Origin: Bugula neritina
Taxonomy: Eukaryota; Animalia; Bryozoa
NCBI GenBank assembly: GCA_964035545.1
Contig: OZ037767.1
Span: 6,216,707 to 6,280,706, forward strand
Direction of reading: 5' to 3'
DNA length: 64,000 nucleotides
The notes under the pieces were generated by a model, which saw only the letters and a list, made by a program, of their open reading frames with translations, was not told the DNA's origin and did not search any database. Of this stretch, positions 1 through 13,520 are shown in pieces. How positions within the stretch are numbered: the stretch's first letter is position 1; the number at the start of each line of letters is the position of its first letter. Made by a program: the position numbers and the translations under genes.

Positions 1-239
1 TTTCTTAGTGTCAAATTTTTGTTGTTGCTGCAAAGATTCAGATTTATCTTTCTAGTTGTTGACACGTTACAATACGTTGTCATGTTATACATGTGTTTAT
101 CAAGTCAGTGCATATTATATTACAATACATATAATTATCTTATAGCCTCATGTTCATATATATTAAGATAATACATAGTAATGTAGTGTATTCACTTAGC
201 CTTGTGTATATTATAATGTGTTACATGTTCTTTACTTAG

Positions 240-3200
240 CCTGGTGTATATCAGAGAAGGGGTGTGGAGAATACTGCCCTTATTATTCACTAAAATGGGA
301 TGATTGGGAGAAATGTAACTGTCAACAGAATAGGAGGTTTCTAGACTGCCTATTTCCCTCCAATCCATCTGGAATAAGTTTAATTAACCCAACCTGTAAG
401 GAGCCATTAGCAGAGTATAAGGATTGTAATGATCCAGGGTGTTACTCTGATTGGTCAGATTGGACCCAGTGTCCATGTGGAGTGTCACACAGTAGCAGGT
501 GAGTGACATGGGATAACGGCTATATTTTAGTGCCATGCCTGAGGAAAGCTAGAGTAATATCACAGGAAACAGGTGACAGAAATGTTTATATTAAGCAAGC
601 TTCAAACTTGTGGGGAAATTTTTGGTGCACATTGTAGGAGAAGATACTTATGTCTATATAATAGAATATTGCCCTATATGATGCATGTAGAATGGCTTCA
701 TAGAGTATAGTCCTACAGTAGTAAGATGCAGGTTTGAAATAAAAGCACACTAAGACATCAGATTTTACATAATTTGCATTCTTAACTAGAAGTACTATTC
801 ACATGTATTTCCTGAACTGATTACAGGACAAGAGAGTGTCTAGATGAGAAGTGTTCTCAACTAGTTGAAGAGAGTCAGGAGTGTCAGCTGAATGAGTTGA
901 CATGCTGGTACCCTTGGAGCACCTGGTCTACCTGTCTAAGAGATGATAATAACTGTGGTAGAGGTGGTGTCAAAAACAGAACTAGAGTAGCTGATTGTTC
1001 CAGTACTCCTAACCTCTCTGATATTTGTAGTACTAAGTAAGTATGATGAATGAGTTATTCTATATGAGGGATACACACAATATAAGACAATCAAAGTATT
1101 AATGTCTCACTGAATTTTATCCAGAAATCAGACAGAGTTTAATGAGTCCTGCATAGCGTATACCTGTACTAAGTATGGTCAATGGGGAGAGTGGGATGAG
1201 TGGAACAGTGTCAAGTTATGTGGAAGATCAAACCAGACCAGGAATAGATACTGTGAATACAGGTATGGTTAGTATATATTTTACTTAGAGTGAGGCCATT
1301 CAATAAGGATTAAATGGCTTTCAAATATTTTAAGTAGTTTTCGTCAATTATTTACATGGCAGCAACATATATAAAGAATGAATCTGTACACTATCAACTC
1401 ATAAACATGGTTAAACAGCTACAGGACAGCAGAATCATGGAGCAAGTCAACCTGTGATGATGATTGTTGGCAATGTATTGTTGACGAATCAGAAAACAGG
1501 TGTACAACAGATAAGTGTAGAGAGAAGAGTTGTTACAGAGATGTGTGCACTAAGAGTTGTCTTATTAATGGGACTGTCCCTACTGAGTTTGATCTGACAT
1601 TCATGTGTGAAGGTTTGATGAAAGATATGTACTCTTATGCTAATGAAGTTATTATATAATTAAGTATTACCTTGTTAATAGAAGAGGTAATTAAATTGTG
1701 CAAAACCTAATGCAAAATGCTGCTGATTATATATGTACCATTCTAGGGGAATATATATGTTAATGAAATAGAGGTTGAAGCCTATAATAAGGATTTCCAA
1801 ATTTAGTTTTACAAAGTTCAGCTCAATAAAAATAGTTTGTTGAATTTTTGTCTTCTTCTAGGATAATGTGAACCTTAATTAATTATCATATCATACTTTT
1901 TATTGCAGAAACAGTTGATGGAGAGACAGAGTATGTTAAACGTGTTGGTAAAGGTAAAAGAGAAGTATCTTGTGGTAAGTTCATGGTACTTGGTTATTGA
2001 GTAGTGAATAGATGAACTAACGTATTAGGTTGTATTTTACAATAGAATACATCACCTAATTGTCTGTTAGTCCACCTGATCATTACAATGAGAATGTTCT
2101 GGAATACAAGACTATCTAGTTTGCATGTGAAACTCTGTTATACTCAACAGGAAGTGGCAACACATGGACAGACTGGACGTCTTGTGGTATTACTTGTGGT
2201 AACCAATGGGGTAAGAGATACAGATCTCAGAAATGTGATCTCACCGAAGATGAACAGATATCTGAACTGTGTAAGGATGTCTACTTTCTACAAGTTGAAC
2301 CTGAGTGGTGTTTTGGAGAAGGCAAATGTCCAGGTATGTTATTTACTATAGGTTTTTTTTGCTCTATGTATATTCTCTCTGATAGAAAGGTGAGAGTGTA
2401 GAGTGCTCTGTTCAAGTGGAACATTTTAAGTTATGGGACTTCAATGGTGTATGCCTACTGCGCACTTATTTATGAGCCACTAACAACAGATTTTGAATAG
2501 TTTTAAGTGAACTTTTTAATCTTTTCATTGATAAAATTTCATCAAATGCTACTGAAACGGGCTGCTGTGGTCGGAGTTCATAACTAGACATAAATTAGAA
2601 ACTTAACTGTTTAAACTCACATATACGTATGTTGAAATTAAAATTATGTTCAAGAGCCCATGTCAAAATATTTTTGGATCAATTCATTAATGTTTGGCAA
2701 CATTTCGAGTAACGTTTATCAAACTAAAATCCTGTGCCCTTCGATGAGAAACACGGCTGATATTGACTGCAGATATGACTTTGTAATACCTGGAAATTAA
2801 GTACCACTCTCCTCTTACTTTATTACACATATTTTTGGCAACGAATAATTCAAATTTTAATTTGATATTAACTCCTTTAGATATACGAAAATAATTTTGT
2901 CACCTATAAAGGCTTTAGAAGAGCCTTGAAATATCTTTCTGAACAAAATCAATTTTGCTGACAATGCAGGTTTTTCCTAATGCTGTCGATATATTTTAGA
3001 TAATAAAGTTGTACCTTCATTGATACCAGAAGAGGAAAAGAAAGCTGAACTGCCTCCTATGGAATATAAATCTGCACCAGCCATCTCAGCCACCATCTTC
3101 TTTGTCTCTCTTGGTGTCATCCTGTTCTTTGTGGCTCTCGACGTGCCTTTCTTGTTTTTGTAAGTAAAATTTAGTTTCCTCCAAACAACTCACTCTGGCA

Positions 3201-3646
3201 TTTTAGCAGATAAGTGATCAAATATTTATCGCTGTCCACTTTTCTGTTACCCAAGTCACAGGGGTTTCATCAGAGATACGTGCCTTATGATGCAGAGTAA
3301 CTGTAGAAATAGCAGCTCTAAAACAAACTAATTTAATGCCAGGTTTTAATTCTGTAATTCTATAATTTCTCTTCAAGTTGTCTATTTGAACCTAATAATT
3401 TATAATATAGTAGGATATAATATAATGTCAATTATGTCATATACTACTTTATGCAATGCAACAGCATGCATATAATATAATTTGATGCAATAAAATATAA
3501 CATAATATAATAAAGCAAAATAATACAATATAATATAGTAATATGATTTTTACACTGTTTTTGGTTTCTTTCATATTCCAGGGAAATAAAGGCTCGGCTT
3601 GTTGAAAACTTTAGGCACATTTTCTGTCGAAGCGCGAGGAACTAAG
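240..3646 (+). CDS. 3' part of a thrombospondin type-1 (TSP1) repeat single-pass membrane protein (5' end upstream of the window)
   Basis: GT-AG exons at about 240-498, 827-1036, 1125-1262, 1419-1612, 1909-1974, 2151-2333, 3000-3158 and 3582-3646. They encode repeated WxxWxxC...RxRxC motifs (SDWSDWTQCPCGVSHSSRTREC, YPWSTWSTC, WGEWDEW, TWTDWTSCGITCG..RYRSQKC), a hydrophobic segment (ATIFFVSLGVILFFVALDVPFLFL) and a ~20-aa basic tail ending RSARN*. Confidence 0.85.
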
Positions 3647-4888
3647 ATTGGAATGGCATAAACCTCATAGGGATTGTATGTCTACCCACCCAAAAACTCT
3701 CACTTAGTTTTTATATTTATTTATATGTATATTAAATACTTTTATAAGATTATTTTTTTAATTTGATCCTTAAATTACCTGCTCTGATTTCCATGTTTAT
3801 ATAACAAATCAAATTGCTATATTTTTATTTGCAAATGCTTTAAATGATTATTTTGCCCTTTAAGCATGTACACTTAGTACACATGTTTAACTTTCTAATG
3901 ATTTAGTGTATATGTGTATTTTCTCTAAGTTTATTAAACTGTGCCATGACCTTAATGATTTTGTTTCTTTTGTGCTTGAACCTTGAGTTAGTGCTGTCCA
4001 TATGCTGCGCTTTGAAAGAATCCCCAAAAGGTTTGTCAGCCATACAAGTCAGCATATTGCAAAATGTTCTTTTGGTGATAAAATTAATGCAACTCTGATT
4101 CACAGAATATAAATATATGTAAATAAGTTAATAAAGATAGAAAAATAAAAAAACAAAAGTGAAATGAGCCACAAACAAAGGAATTCTAAAAGCAACCACA
4201 CAAACTAGATGGATTCATGATTTTCTTGAAACAGATATGTACATATTAACCTGCTTATTATTGAAAAACATTTACACTGCTTTTGTTTAGCTCTAATGGG
4301 AATAAACACCAGTTATAAAGTAGATTCAAAGTGTGGCTGATTGTTCTATCTCAATCTGCTGCACTGGGTGTCTTGCTGTAGCATGAAGACTCTATTGATT
4401 ACAGCTTTTAATGAACGTCTTTTCATCTTTGTTATAAGAGAAGTGGCAAATATTTTAAAGTTGATTGCAATTTTATGCATCAATAATATAGATATCAAAT
4501 TCTTTTATATGCTTTTCATTTGCAACTCAAACATTTAAATAGACTGTCAATAGCAACAAACAATGATTCCCAATATGATTAATTGAAGCTAGTCATGCTG
4601 AACAAGAATAAACTTCTATAATGAAAATTTGAAATTTACTCAAGTAGAATACATTTAGGCAGCATAAAAGACGGCAGCAATATATTATTACACTAGTTAT
4701 AACTGAAGCACACCTGGTCAGTTAGAGTAAATACTGCATATCAACTTTGCTACATTTAGTAAGCATGTGCAGCTTACTGTGGAGCAGTTGCTGCAACATT
4801 AAGGAACTGCGTGCAACTAAGTAACTATTTAGAAAAGTGTAAAAATAAACTTAGTTTTAGTTAAACTAAAGTTCGACATTCATTGAGG

Positions 4889-7800
4889 ATGTATGCAAAG
4901 GCGGTACTAGAAAAGAGAGAAAGATCTCAATATGTGAATGGCTCTAAGATTGAGCTAGCTTTAACACCTATACACAAGGTAAGGGTAACTGTAACATAGT
5001 TGAAGCTTCATACCAATTTTCTTTTGCAGATTTTTTATTTCCTTTCGCAAAGAGTATTACTAAGTCTGTGCATGCTGAACAGAGTTTCCAAGTCTTCAAA
5101 TATTACGTACATAGTACGATGTAATCAGAAACTAGAAAGTTTATGTTTAGATCTTCTGTCAAACTATTAAAGCAAGGGCTACCATTGTAACTATATGTTC
5201 TTTTTAGTCTGGCAGTGTGCTTGAAAGCACATTATGATATTACTGGTTATTATCATGATTACCTATGTAACTATTACTGATAGCTAATTATTATCTGTTG
5301 TCTATAGTTTCTATAATACAGTTGCAGTAATATCTTTTAGCTTTTCATACCACTTTTAATTAGAGATGCTATTATACTAGCTGTAGATGGTATCATCAAA
5401 TATATTGCTAGAAAAATGCCATTTATGACAGTGTATAGCATTTTGAAGTTGCTACTAGCAGTAACTGAATGAAGTCACAGATATGGTCTAGACTCTAGGG
5501 TCTAGGGGTTAGAGTGCTGGCCTGGTAAACACAAGGTCAGTGGTTCAAATCCCAGTAAAGACCATTGGTGATGTTAGGAAGAGCATTCAATCATACTTGC
5601 TCCTTTGTCACAACAGGAGTTTTCAAGCAGCACAGGCACATGCAAACATTAAAAGTCTTCTAATTAACATGAACAGAAATTCTCACTGAAATTTGAAAGC
5701 TAGTACAATCAGATGCCCTGAAAAAAATGTTTAGGTTATTTTAGAAGTTATAAATATAGTCAATTTGTAATTTATTAACACATACATTTAATATATTCAA
5801 TTTCAGAAGCTAGAAATAAAAATTCATATTGGGTTGTATTTTTTTCATGTACTTTGCACCAGATTTTGAGCGTATATAACTAAGCATTATTGATTTAAAT
5901 AGAAATAATTATCAAATTTATAGTACTGTTTACTATAATACTACATACGTGTGTCTGTATTACATAACTTGAAACTGTAGATGTATGCTAAAGTGGAAGA
6001 GGTTGAGGTAAACCAGGAGCAGAGAGTTGTAATATTTGACAAGACAGGTAAAGGTTCAGCCCGTATCCATCGTCTAAAAACAGATCCTTTGACGTTTCAC
6101 CAACAAGAATGTGACCATTTAGCCAATAAAATGCTGCAGGGTGTTCGTGACTTTGCGCTGACTGCAGAAGGCAACTTGGTTTACATAAGCGGAGGATTTG
6201 ACATCAACACAGGCAAATCAATTAACGATCTCATCGTGTGAGTATGTAAACTGAGATAACATGTTGATTATTTGATTGAGTTCAACAAACATCAGATACT
6301 ATTTATACATTGTAAATATTGTATTACAACAAGCTGGTTGTGTCAAAAGTCACTTTGCATAAACATTAAGCTGAAACAAATCCTAGATACTGTATAAATA
6401 CAATACAAATACTGAACTTGCAGTATAAATTGGGCTTTAATTTTATTGCTGTAGCAATGCACCTTCTGACGCACATCTCCGTTTGAGTTATTATTTTACA
6501 AATGAATTCTAGAGTGAATTATTCTTGTCCTTAAAAGTAGATCTAGCCAGCATAAACAGGAAAATAATCATGGTTTGACAAGGTTTAAAGCACCTATCTT
6601 AACCTATCGACTTATTTTCCGGCCAGAACAGCCTCTTTCTAATTACTATATTATTGTGATTAGGGTATACTATTTAGAAGTGTCTTCTATTATTTAAGGT
6701 TTAATGGTGAAAGAAGAGAATGGAAAACACTTTCCAACATGGCAAAGGCTAGATGCAATCACACCATGGTGTTGTGGAAAGGAGGACTGCTTGTGGCAGG
6801 TATGCTGAGTTGGGGATTGGTTATAACCAAATATGATATGCATAGATCTTATCAAGATGTAAGCATTTAGTTTTGTTATGTTGGTTTTTGACATCAAACA
6901 TAGAAAGCGCTAAAAAAGAGGTTAGTGCAGTAATCTAAAACTTATGAAACATGTGTGTTTTAAATGAAAAAAGAGTCAAAAATTTCAAAATGTATCACAA
7001 ACTCCATAAGAACAATGAAAAAAACTAATCAAATTTCGCTTTTACTTCGAAATAAGAATGATACTCAACATTTAGCAAAAACTATGTTGGAAAGTATAAT
7101 ACAGCTTATTGGCAAATATAAACTCCCTCAAAATCATAAAAACATTAGTTAAACTACACCACATGATTATTTTTAAATCCTTTAAATATTTCTACTCCTC
7201 AGTCAGGAAACTGTAAATAATCTACATCAGAAACAGCTTCTTACATATCAAAGCCTAGTTTTTATCTTTAGGGGGTGAAACCAATGCTAAAGTAAAGTTG
7301 ACAACAACATGCGAGTATTATGACATACAGTCTGACAGTTGGAAAGCCTTTGATGTTTTACCAGACCCAAGGAGTTGTCATTCCTGTGTGGTACACAACA
7401 ACAGTGTCTACATATCTGGTGGTTATGATAAAATGCAAGTTCCACAGAACAACTTATGGTATGTCAACTTTATTATGCTGTATGTGCAATCTCTTGTTCT
7501 ATGTAACCTTAAACAAATAATGTTGCTAGCATAGATGTGTCAAACTTTAGGTGCAGTAGTAGAGGCATTGGGATGGCCTAAGTTCTTTGATTTCCTTAAT
7601 AAATTTTGGTTTGGGGCACGCATTAAAATTTATGCAAGAACATAACTTTTTGCTACATTTCTAATTTAGAACACAGGCTTTTCTCAATTTCTTCTTTACT
7701 GCACCTCTGCATCTATACAAATGGCCTCCCTACTTCATATACCTCTATAATATACAGGTATAGCCTATCTATTTGTAATGATCTATGCTAATAGCTTCTT

Positions 7801-9647
7801 AAATTTTTTATTATATGCTTAGGAAAACAAACACATTAAGATTATTATATTGTCAAAACATTAAACACTTCTAAGTACTTCAAGATAATCATATTCTAGC
7901 TTTTAATAGATGTAGTTATTTGCCTTTTGACAATGAAGTTCCGCTTCAGCTGGTATTAGTTTTATAAGTAATCATATTGACTAAAATTATTTTATACTAA
8001 ATCAGCAATGCAATTCTATGAGTGAGTTTTTAACAATGACGTCTTAACAATGATGTCATTATACATTGTTGTAGGATCTGCGAAGAGAGCACTTTGAAGT
8101 GGTTGTGCCTTGATGAGCATTACCCTGTACCCTTGCCATACAGCATGGCAAAGCATTCCATGCTCTCTCACTGTGACGCTATATATCTCATCGGAGGTAA
8201 ATTATGTAAACTGTAGATTTTAGACTGTAGAGGCTTGGTAGAGTTACTGTTATAAGTCCTACACTCATTTCATGGCCAACTGGCGTTGTGTTAGACACTT
8301 TATTATTTACTATGTAGGCCGACAATATTTGAAACAAAATAATTTCTTAAAGTTTCGGAGTTGTGTTTGTATTTTAGTTTTTATGAAATTGTTCTCAAAT
8401 CAAAATGCAGTTAAAATCTACTAACAATTCACCAGCCAAATATGTTCTTTTTACTTTTAGGAGTGTGTAAAGACAGATATGAGGGGACAAAGGCATCTGC
8501 AAAAATAATATCCTTTAAACCCTCAATAAGCTATCTGGGTAAGTTAAGAATGCATTATGGCTATGTATGTACTATAGTATAGTTTTATTGTAGCTTAGTA
8601 TGTTTATAGTAAACTTAGTAATTCTTAACTAACTTATAGATGGACTGCCCTTATAAATTCAATCTTTAAAAACATACAAAGCAATTAACAGAATGATATT
8701 ACCTTCAGGGGATGGATCTATATTAAAGAGTATGGAGGAAACAAAGTACGATAAAGTTAGTCCTTGGACACTCCATCATAAGCAGCTGCCAATACCTGTT
8801 TATACTTGTACCACTATTCACATAGGTGAGTTTATACCATCATATTCCAATAGAATTTTACAATTATACTTTGCATTATATACATAGTATTAGCCAATAA
8901 ATGATAGTTATAATATTATAAATTGACACTATTTTTCTGCTTTGCATTATATTGTACCCAACAAAAACAATATTTGGTCAATAAATATTCTTTTTAGATA
9001 GCAAAATACTCATTCTTGGTGGATTCACTGGCAAAGGACAAAATGATCAAGTTATAATATATGACATAGAAAACAACGCCATCAAAGTGCATGCTTTTAC
9101 TGGTAAGTTAAACCTACCTGTAGGTATATATAATTGCTGGATTGGTAAATGCAAGTATGGGCACATATTATATGCATTATGTGTTTATGATAACGTACAA
9201 GTATTATTTGGTATTAGCTCAGATTCTACTAAGTAATTACTTGCAAGTCACAATCCAAGGCTAATCTGCTGCTAGCTGAAAATAACTCAACAACCCTTTT
9301 CACTTTCACTTCAGGAAGTTTTTATGCACCCAACATGGTGCAAATAAAAACAAACCTTTTATAACTTGGAGTGCAAAATTCATTGTACGGAGTCACAAAT
9401 TTTCAGCAAGTGAGAGCTTTCAAAGAACTGCCTTATATGGAAAATTTTCAGAATGCAACTAACTGCACTTAACTAGAACTACTGTGCCCAATTATGTACC
9501 AGCATAGTACTAGTGGATGTAGTGAGTTATTTCAACATTTATACTGTAGAGGAGTTGCTGCCCACCAGCTGTGACTCAGCTGTCATCAGAATCAAGGGTC
9601 GAACAGTCAGCCAGCAATTAGTACAGAGGAATTGGCCTTTATGGTGA
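4889..9647 (+). CDS. Kelch-repeat beta-propeller protein, no BTB/BACK domain seen
   Basis: Exons at about 4889-4978, 5981-6237, 6699-6799, 7272-7458, 8075-8196, 8461-8538, 8709-8826, 8998-9102 and 9550-9647 join in frame. Kelch motifs: VYISGGFD, ARCNHTMV..LLVAGG, CEYYD..SDSW..LPDPRSCHSCVV..VYISGGY, IYLIGG, ILILGGF. The first exon is less certain. Confidence 0.85.
5482..5640 (+). mobile_element. tRNA-derived SINE, copy 1
   Basis: A-box-like TAGGGGTTAGAG and B-box GGTTCAAATCCC, followed by CCATTGGTGATGTTAGGAAGAGCA. The same body occurs at ~31185 (+) and ~48317-48436 (-). Confidence 0.7.
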
Positions 9648-10303
9648 CAGCATAATGGTCGTTAGATGCAGCACAGTGTTTGGGGTCACTGAGTACAATA
9701 TTTGTAGACACATCATTGTTCGGGATCTCTCCACTGCGATCTTTGTATCATATACTAGGACCTTCTGTCAGCACAGGTTTATTTCCTGCAAGCCTGTAGA
9801 GTTACCTTCCCCATGTAAAAAGCTTGCGCGTAATGCATTTCTAGCGGATGATGAAATGGCCAGATAAATGATTATATGTCATTGTCACATGAATGACTTC
9901 TATACATGTAGAAGTAATTTATTTTTATGTACAAGTTTTGTACATACTTTTTCTAGAAAATATGTGCCAATAGCCTGTATAGATATATTATTGTGTCTAG
10001 TGGGTATTATGTTTGTATTGGCAAGTATTAGCCATGTAGATTATCAAGCTGCATAGCATAATGTACATAGTCGTATGGCATGAGTGTGAAGTTATGAAAC
10101 CAACATCACACCTTAAACGCAGCATCTTGAGAAATTATATTTTTTACGCAAGACATTACTACTACTAGCAAATTTATTTTTAGATTTTTCTAATAAAATG
10201 CTAACTGCAATACACCACCAGCACTGATTTTCTTTTGAATATACATATATTTCAATACAGCATAACAGCACAGGATACAAAAGGGAGATAACTCTTAGAC
10301 TAT

Positions 10304-11811
10304 CTATTTCCCTCCCAGTAAACCGTCAAAGGATTTCAGACGTGCGAATAGAGTTTTCTGTTCATCATCCAGGTCTGCGAGAGCTGAAATCACAAGTACA
10401 TCTGACATTTAGAAATTCAAAATCGTAGCATTTACTTATCAGACAACGCAGTTGTATGACTCAAGAAATTTAGCATCTTGTTATTCAAATGCAATAAACA
10501 TATGGTTTACAAACAGTTTTTAAAATTATATGATTAAAAATATTTCAATTGTACAGTTCTAACCAACATTTATGGAGCAGAAAAATACTTATTTACATTA
10601 CTGAAAAGTTTTAAAACCTGCTTAATATCAGAAACAGCGTATTAAGCAGCAAAATGTAGAATTTGATAGCTCACTGCTAAAAAATCTGGTAACAGTAACT
10701 TTGATGGTAAATAAACTAACCAAAGCAGTTATTTCCTCCTTCCTTGCCAAGCAACACATATCCGTGACAGCATGTCAGATGCTCTGACTTACAAGTTCGG
10801 TCCATGTCATGATCATACTGAGTGAGGTACGTGTAGGAAACCAAACTGTAAAATCATAACATGATATCAGTCTCTATGCCTAAATTAGAGGTTTTTAAAA
10901 GAGGGCACAAGGAGGCAAATTATTGGACACAAGGTTAAACTAAGTCATTGCTCGATCAGACAGTAAAATCAAGAAATTTTTTTAATCCGAAAAAATAAAA
11001 TTAACTTTAAAACGTCTAAACATTCTGAAACCCAATTTTAGAATTTACAAGTTACAACAAGCCTATTCATTAGAAAACTTATCAGAGGTGATATGCAAGC
11101 AATACATTAGCATACAATCATATAAAACAACACATAATTGACCAATGATATAGAACAACACATAATTAACCAATGATATAGAACAACACATAATTAACCA
11201 ATGATATAGAACAACACATAATTAACCAATGATATAGAACGACACATAATTAACCAATGATATAAAACAACACATAATTAACCAGTGATATAGAACGACA
11301 CATAATTGAAAAGTGTATAGTGTCTGGTGCCCCAACCACTCACTGAGTTCGAGTGCCGTACAAGCTGCAGCCACTCCAACCAAATGTGCCACAGTTAGTC
11401 TCTCCGATCTTCACTTTATAGTAACCCTCCTGGTAGGCCTGCACTATCTTTGTCCTCTGCACATTTAACGGTTTATTCACATCTTCTTTACAACACCAGT
11501 GCCTGCGTCAGTCACACAATCTTACAGGTTTTCAATGTACAATATTTGAATTCACAATAAAGAATATCTGACCTTCGCAATTAAAAGCATCTGACCTGAA
11601 CATGACCTTCACAGAACTTGCTAGAAACTATTATCAACTGAACTTACTGGTTACTACCAGCTCTTTTCTCTCGGAAAAGTTTCGCTTTCGTTTCGGCAGG
11701 AATTAAATGCTGATGTTTCTCCACAAACTTCTCAAACTCCCGGTCATTAGTTGCAGACGCAACCAATAGGAGACCAGCAAAGAAGGCAATGGAGGCGATT
11801 GATGAGTTCAT
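10304..11811 (-). CDS. Small secreted EMI-like domain preproprotein (~175 aa)
   Basis: Four exons 11811-11648, 11502-11344, 10845-10721 and 10383-10304 join in frame (528 nt). Signal peptide MNSSIASIAFFAGLLLVASA, then REKR furin-type site, then a Cys-rich domain HWCC...CGTFGWSGCSLYGTR...Y...C...TCCHGY...NNC (EMI-like), ending LLGGK*. Confidence 0.8.
11124..11310. repeat. 29-bp minisatellite (~6 copies) in an intron
   Basis: Unit AACAACACATAATTAACCAATGATATAGA in tandem. Confidence 0.9.
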
Positions 11812-12989
11812 AATCCGCAGAGTAGCTAAAGGATAGTTTACTAAATAACTTGTAATGTAATAAGAAATCAGAATAACATAATTGTGCATTGTATAACTAA
11901 AAAATAGCTAGATTTTCCAACACAATTATATGAAGCTTCTAACAGAAATAGAAAGGTGTTACCGAATGCAGAATATGGTAAATAAGTAATTATAAAAAGA
12001 ATGAAATTTCTTCCAAAAACTAACAAAATCCAGATGACTTAATAAATGACTCACCACACGAATCCAAACCATGTAACTAAACAGATACCGGACATATCCC
12101 CTGCTCACCCTGCCACCTGCACTTTCTCATACAAATGATAAAACCAAAGTCAATATCCCAGATGATGCAACTGTGAACCGAGCTACTGTACACAACAAGT
12201 ACATTATTGTATAATATAAAATTATCAACATTATAATACTGGATTAAACGTGTAAATTACCATATTTAATGTAACAACATATATTTAATTAAATATTACA
12301 TTGTAAAGTTGCCTTCTCATGCATCATTTAATTATAATTATATGCCTACAAAATTTCATCTTTACACGCATCTTTGCTTTGCTTTCATTGAACATGAGCA
12401 GGCAACAAGGTTAGAATGTTCCAAAAATGCTTGAAACAGTATTTAGTAAACAATAAGAATTAACGGTAGCTAGTCTGGATAGTAAGGAATGCTTATTACA
12501 ATAAAAGATTATAGTTACTCACTTGAGCTTAACATTCTTTCGATATTGTCTCTCATAACTTTATCTTATTCATCGCAAAGTCTTGCATATGCTCTAAGAT
12601 GTCTTTACATGTGCAGGAGATCCACGAGAAGATGGCGCCAGCTCTTGCTTCTCTAATAAAGCAGACTTGCTGTCTGACCCTGAAATAATACCAATATCAA
12701 ACCACCCTCCCCATGACTGAATCCATTTTGAGGAGTTATCTTCAAGACTGCATATAAAACTTTCTACACCCTTAATGCAAGAATGGTTAGTCTAGAAAGT
12801 TGCAACCAAATAATGTGGAGCGTTGGTGACTATCTACTAAGTCTAATAACCACACATAAATTGACTTCAATTGTAGCGATGGGGTTATGATTTGCAAAAG
12901 AAATGCCTAGTAATATGGGGCAAAAAAAGTCTGTAACTTTTACAAAAGGCTCTGCTTTTCAATGATACAAACATTGAGCTAAATTGAAA

Positions 12990-13520
12990 AATGCTACTCA
13001 TTATGTTGCCAAAAACTGCAACTATCGTTCCACAATGTTAAAGAGCGTATCAAATAAAAAAAAAGAAAAACCAAGGGAACTATTATCCAGTGAAACTGAG
13101 TTAAGTCACTATACAATGTTCCCAAGAAGCACTTTTAAATATTGTTTACAGCTACAGATTAAAGTATGAACTAAAATCTAAACTCAAACAAAACGGAAAA
13201 GGAAACATCATGTGGTTTAATCTAAATTTTAATGTTACTGCCAAACAAACATGGATAGAATCTTTTTTGCGATTATCAATAATTAATGTTTCCCACAACC
13301 AAATGAAATATTTGATAGGAAATCAATCCCTAAAACTCAGCCATGTCTGCATGCCTAATATAAAGCATATTATTCATGGCTCAAACCAGCAAAAGCTTAA
13401 AACCCCGGCTAATCTCAACACCAACACTAAAAACAATGAAAGGCAATGCAACTACAAGCAAGTCGAGTGAAAAAACTGAATTAAACATTAATATACCAAT
13501 CAACAGGACAGAGGCATGCT
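12990..13520 (+). mobile_element. Degraded Penelope-like retroelement fragment (RT thumb to pre-GIY-YIG linker)
   Basis: Frameshifted translation gives RK..IMWFN..F....T.I..FLRL, LKLSHVCMPNIKHIIHGSN and QCNY. This resembles the PLE linker IIWFNPP..TNIG..F / KISYSCMPN..II..HN / CNC as recalled from known elements. Confidence 0.7.

Noticed and set aside
2088-2351. 87-aa ORF from the track
   Set aside because: Wrong frame. The real TSP1 exon is 2151-2333 in another frame.
5500-5560. Functional tRNA gene
   Set aside because: A/B boxes are present but no cloverleaf forms, and the downstream body is shared by three dispersed copies, so it is a SINE.
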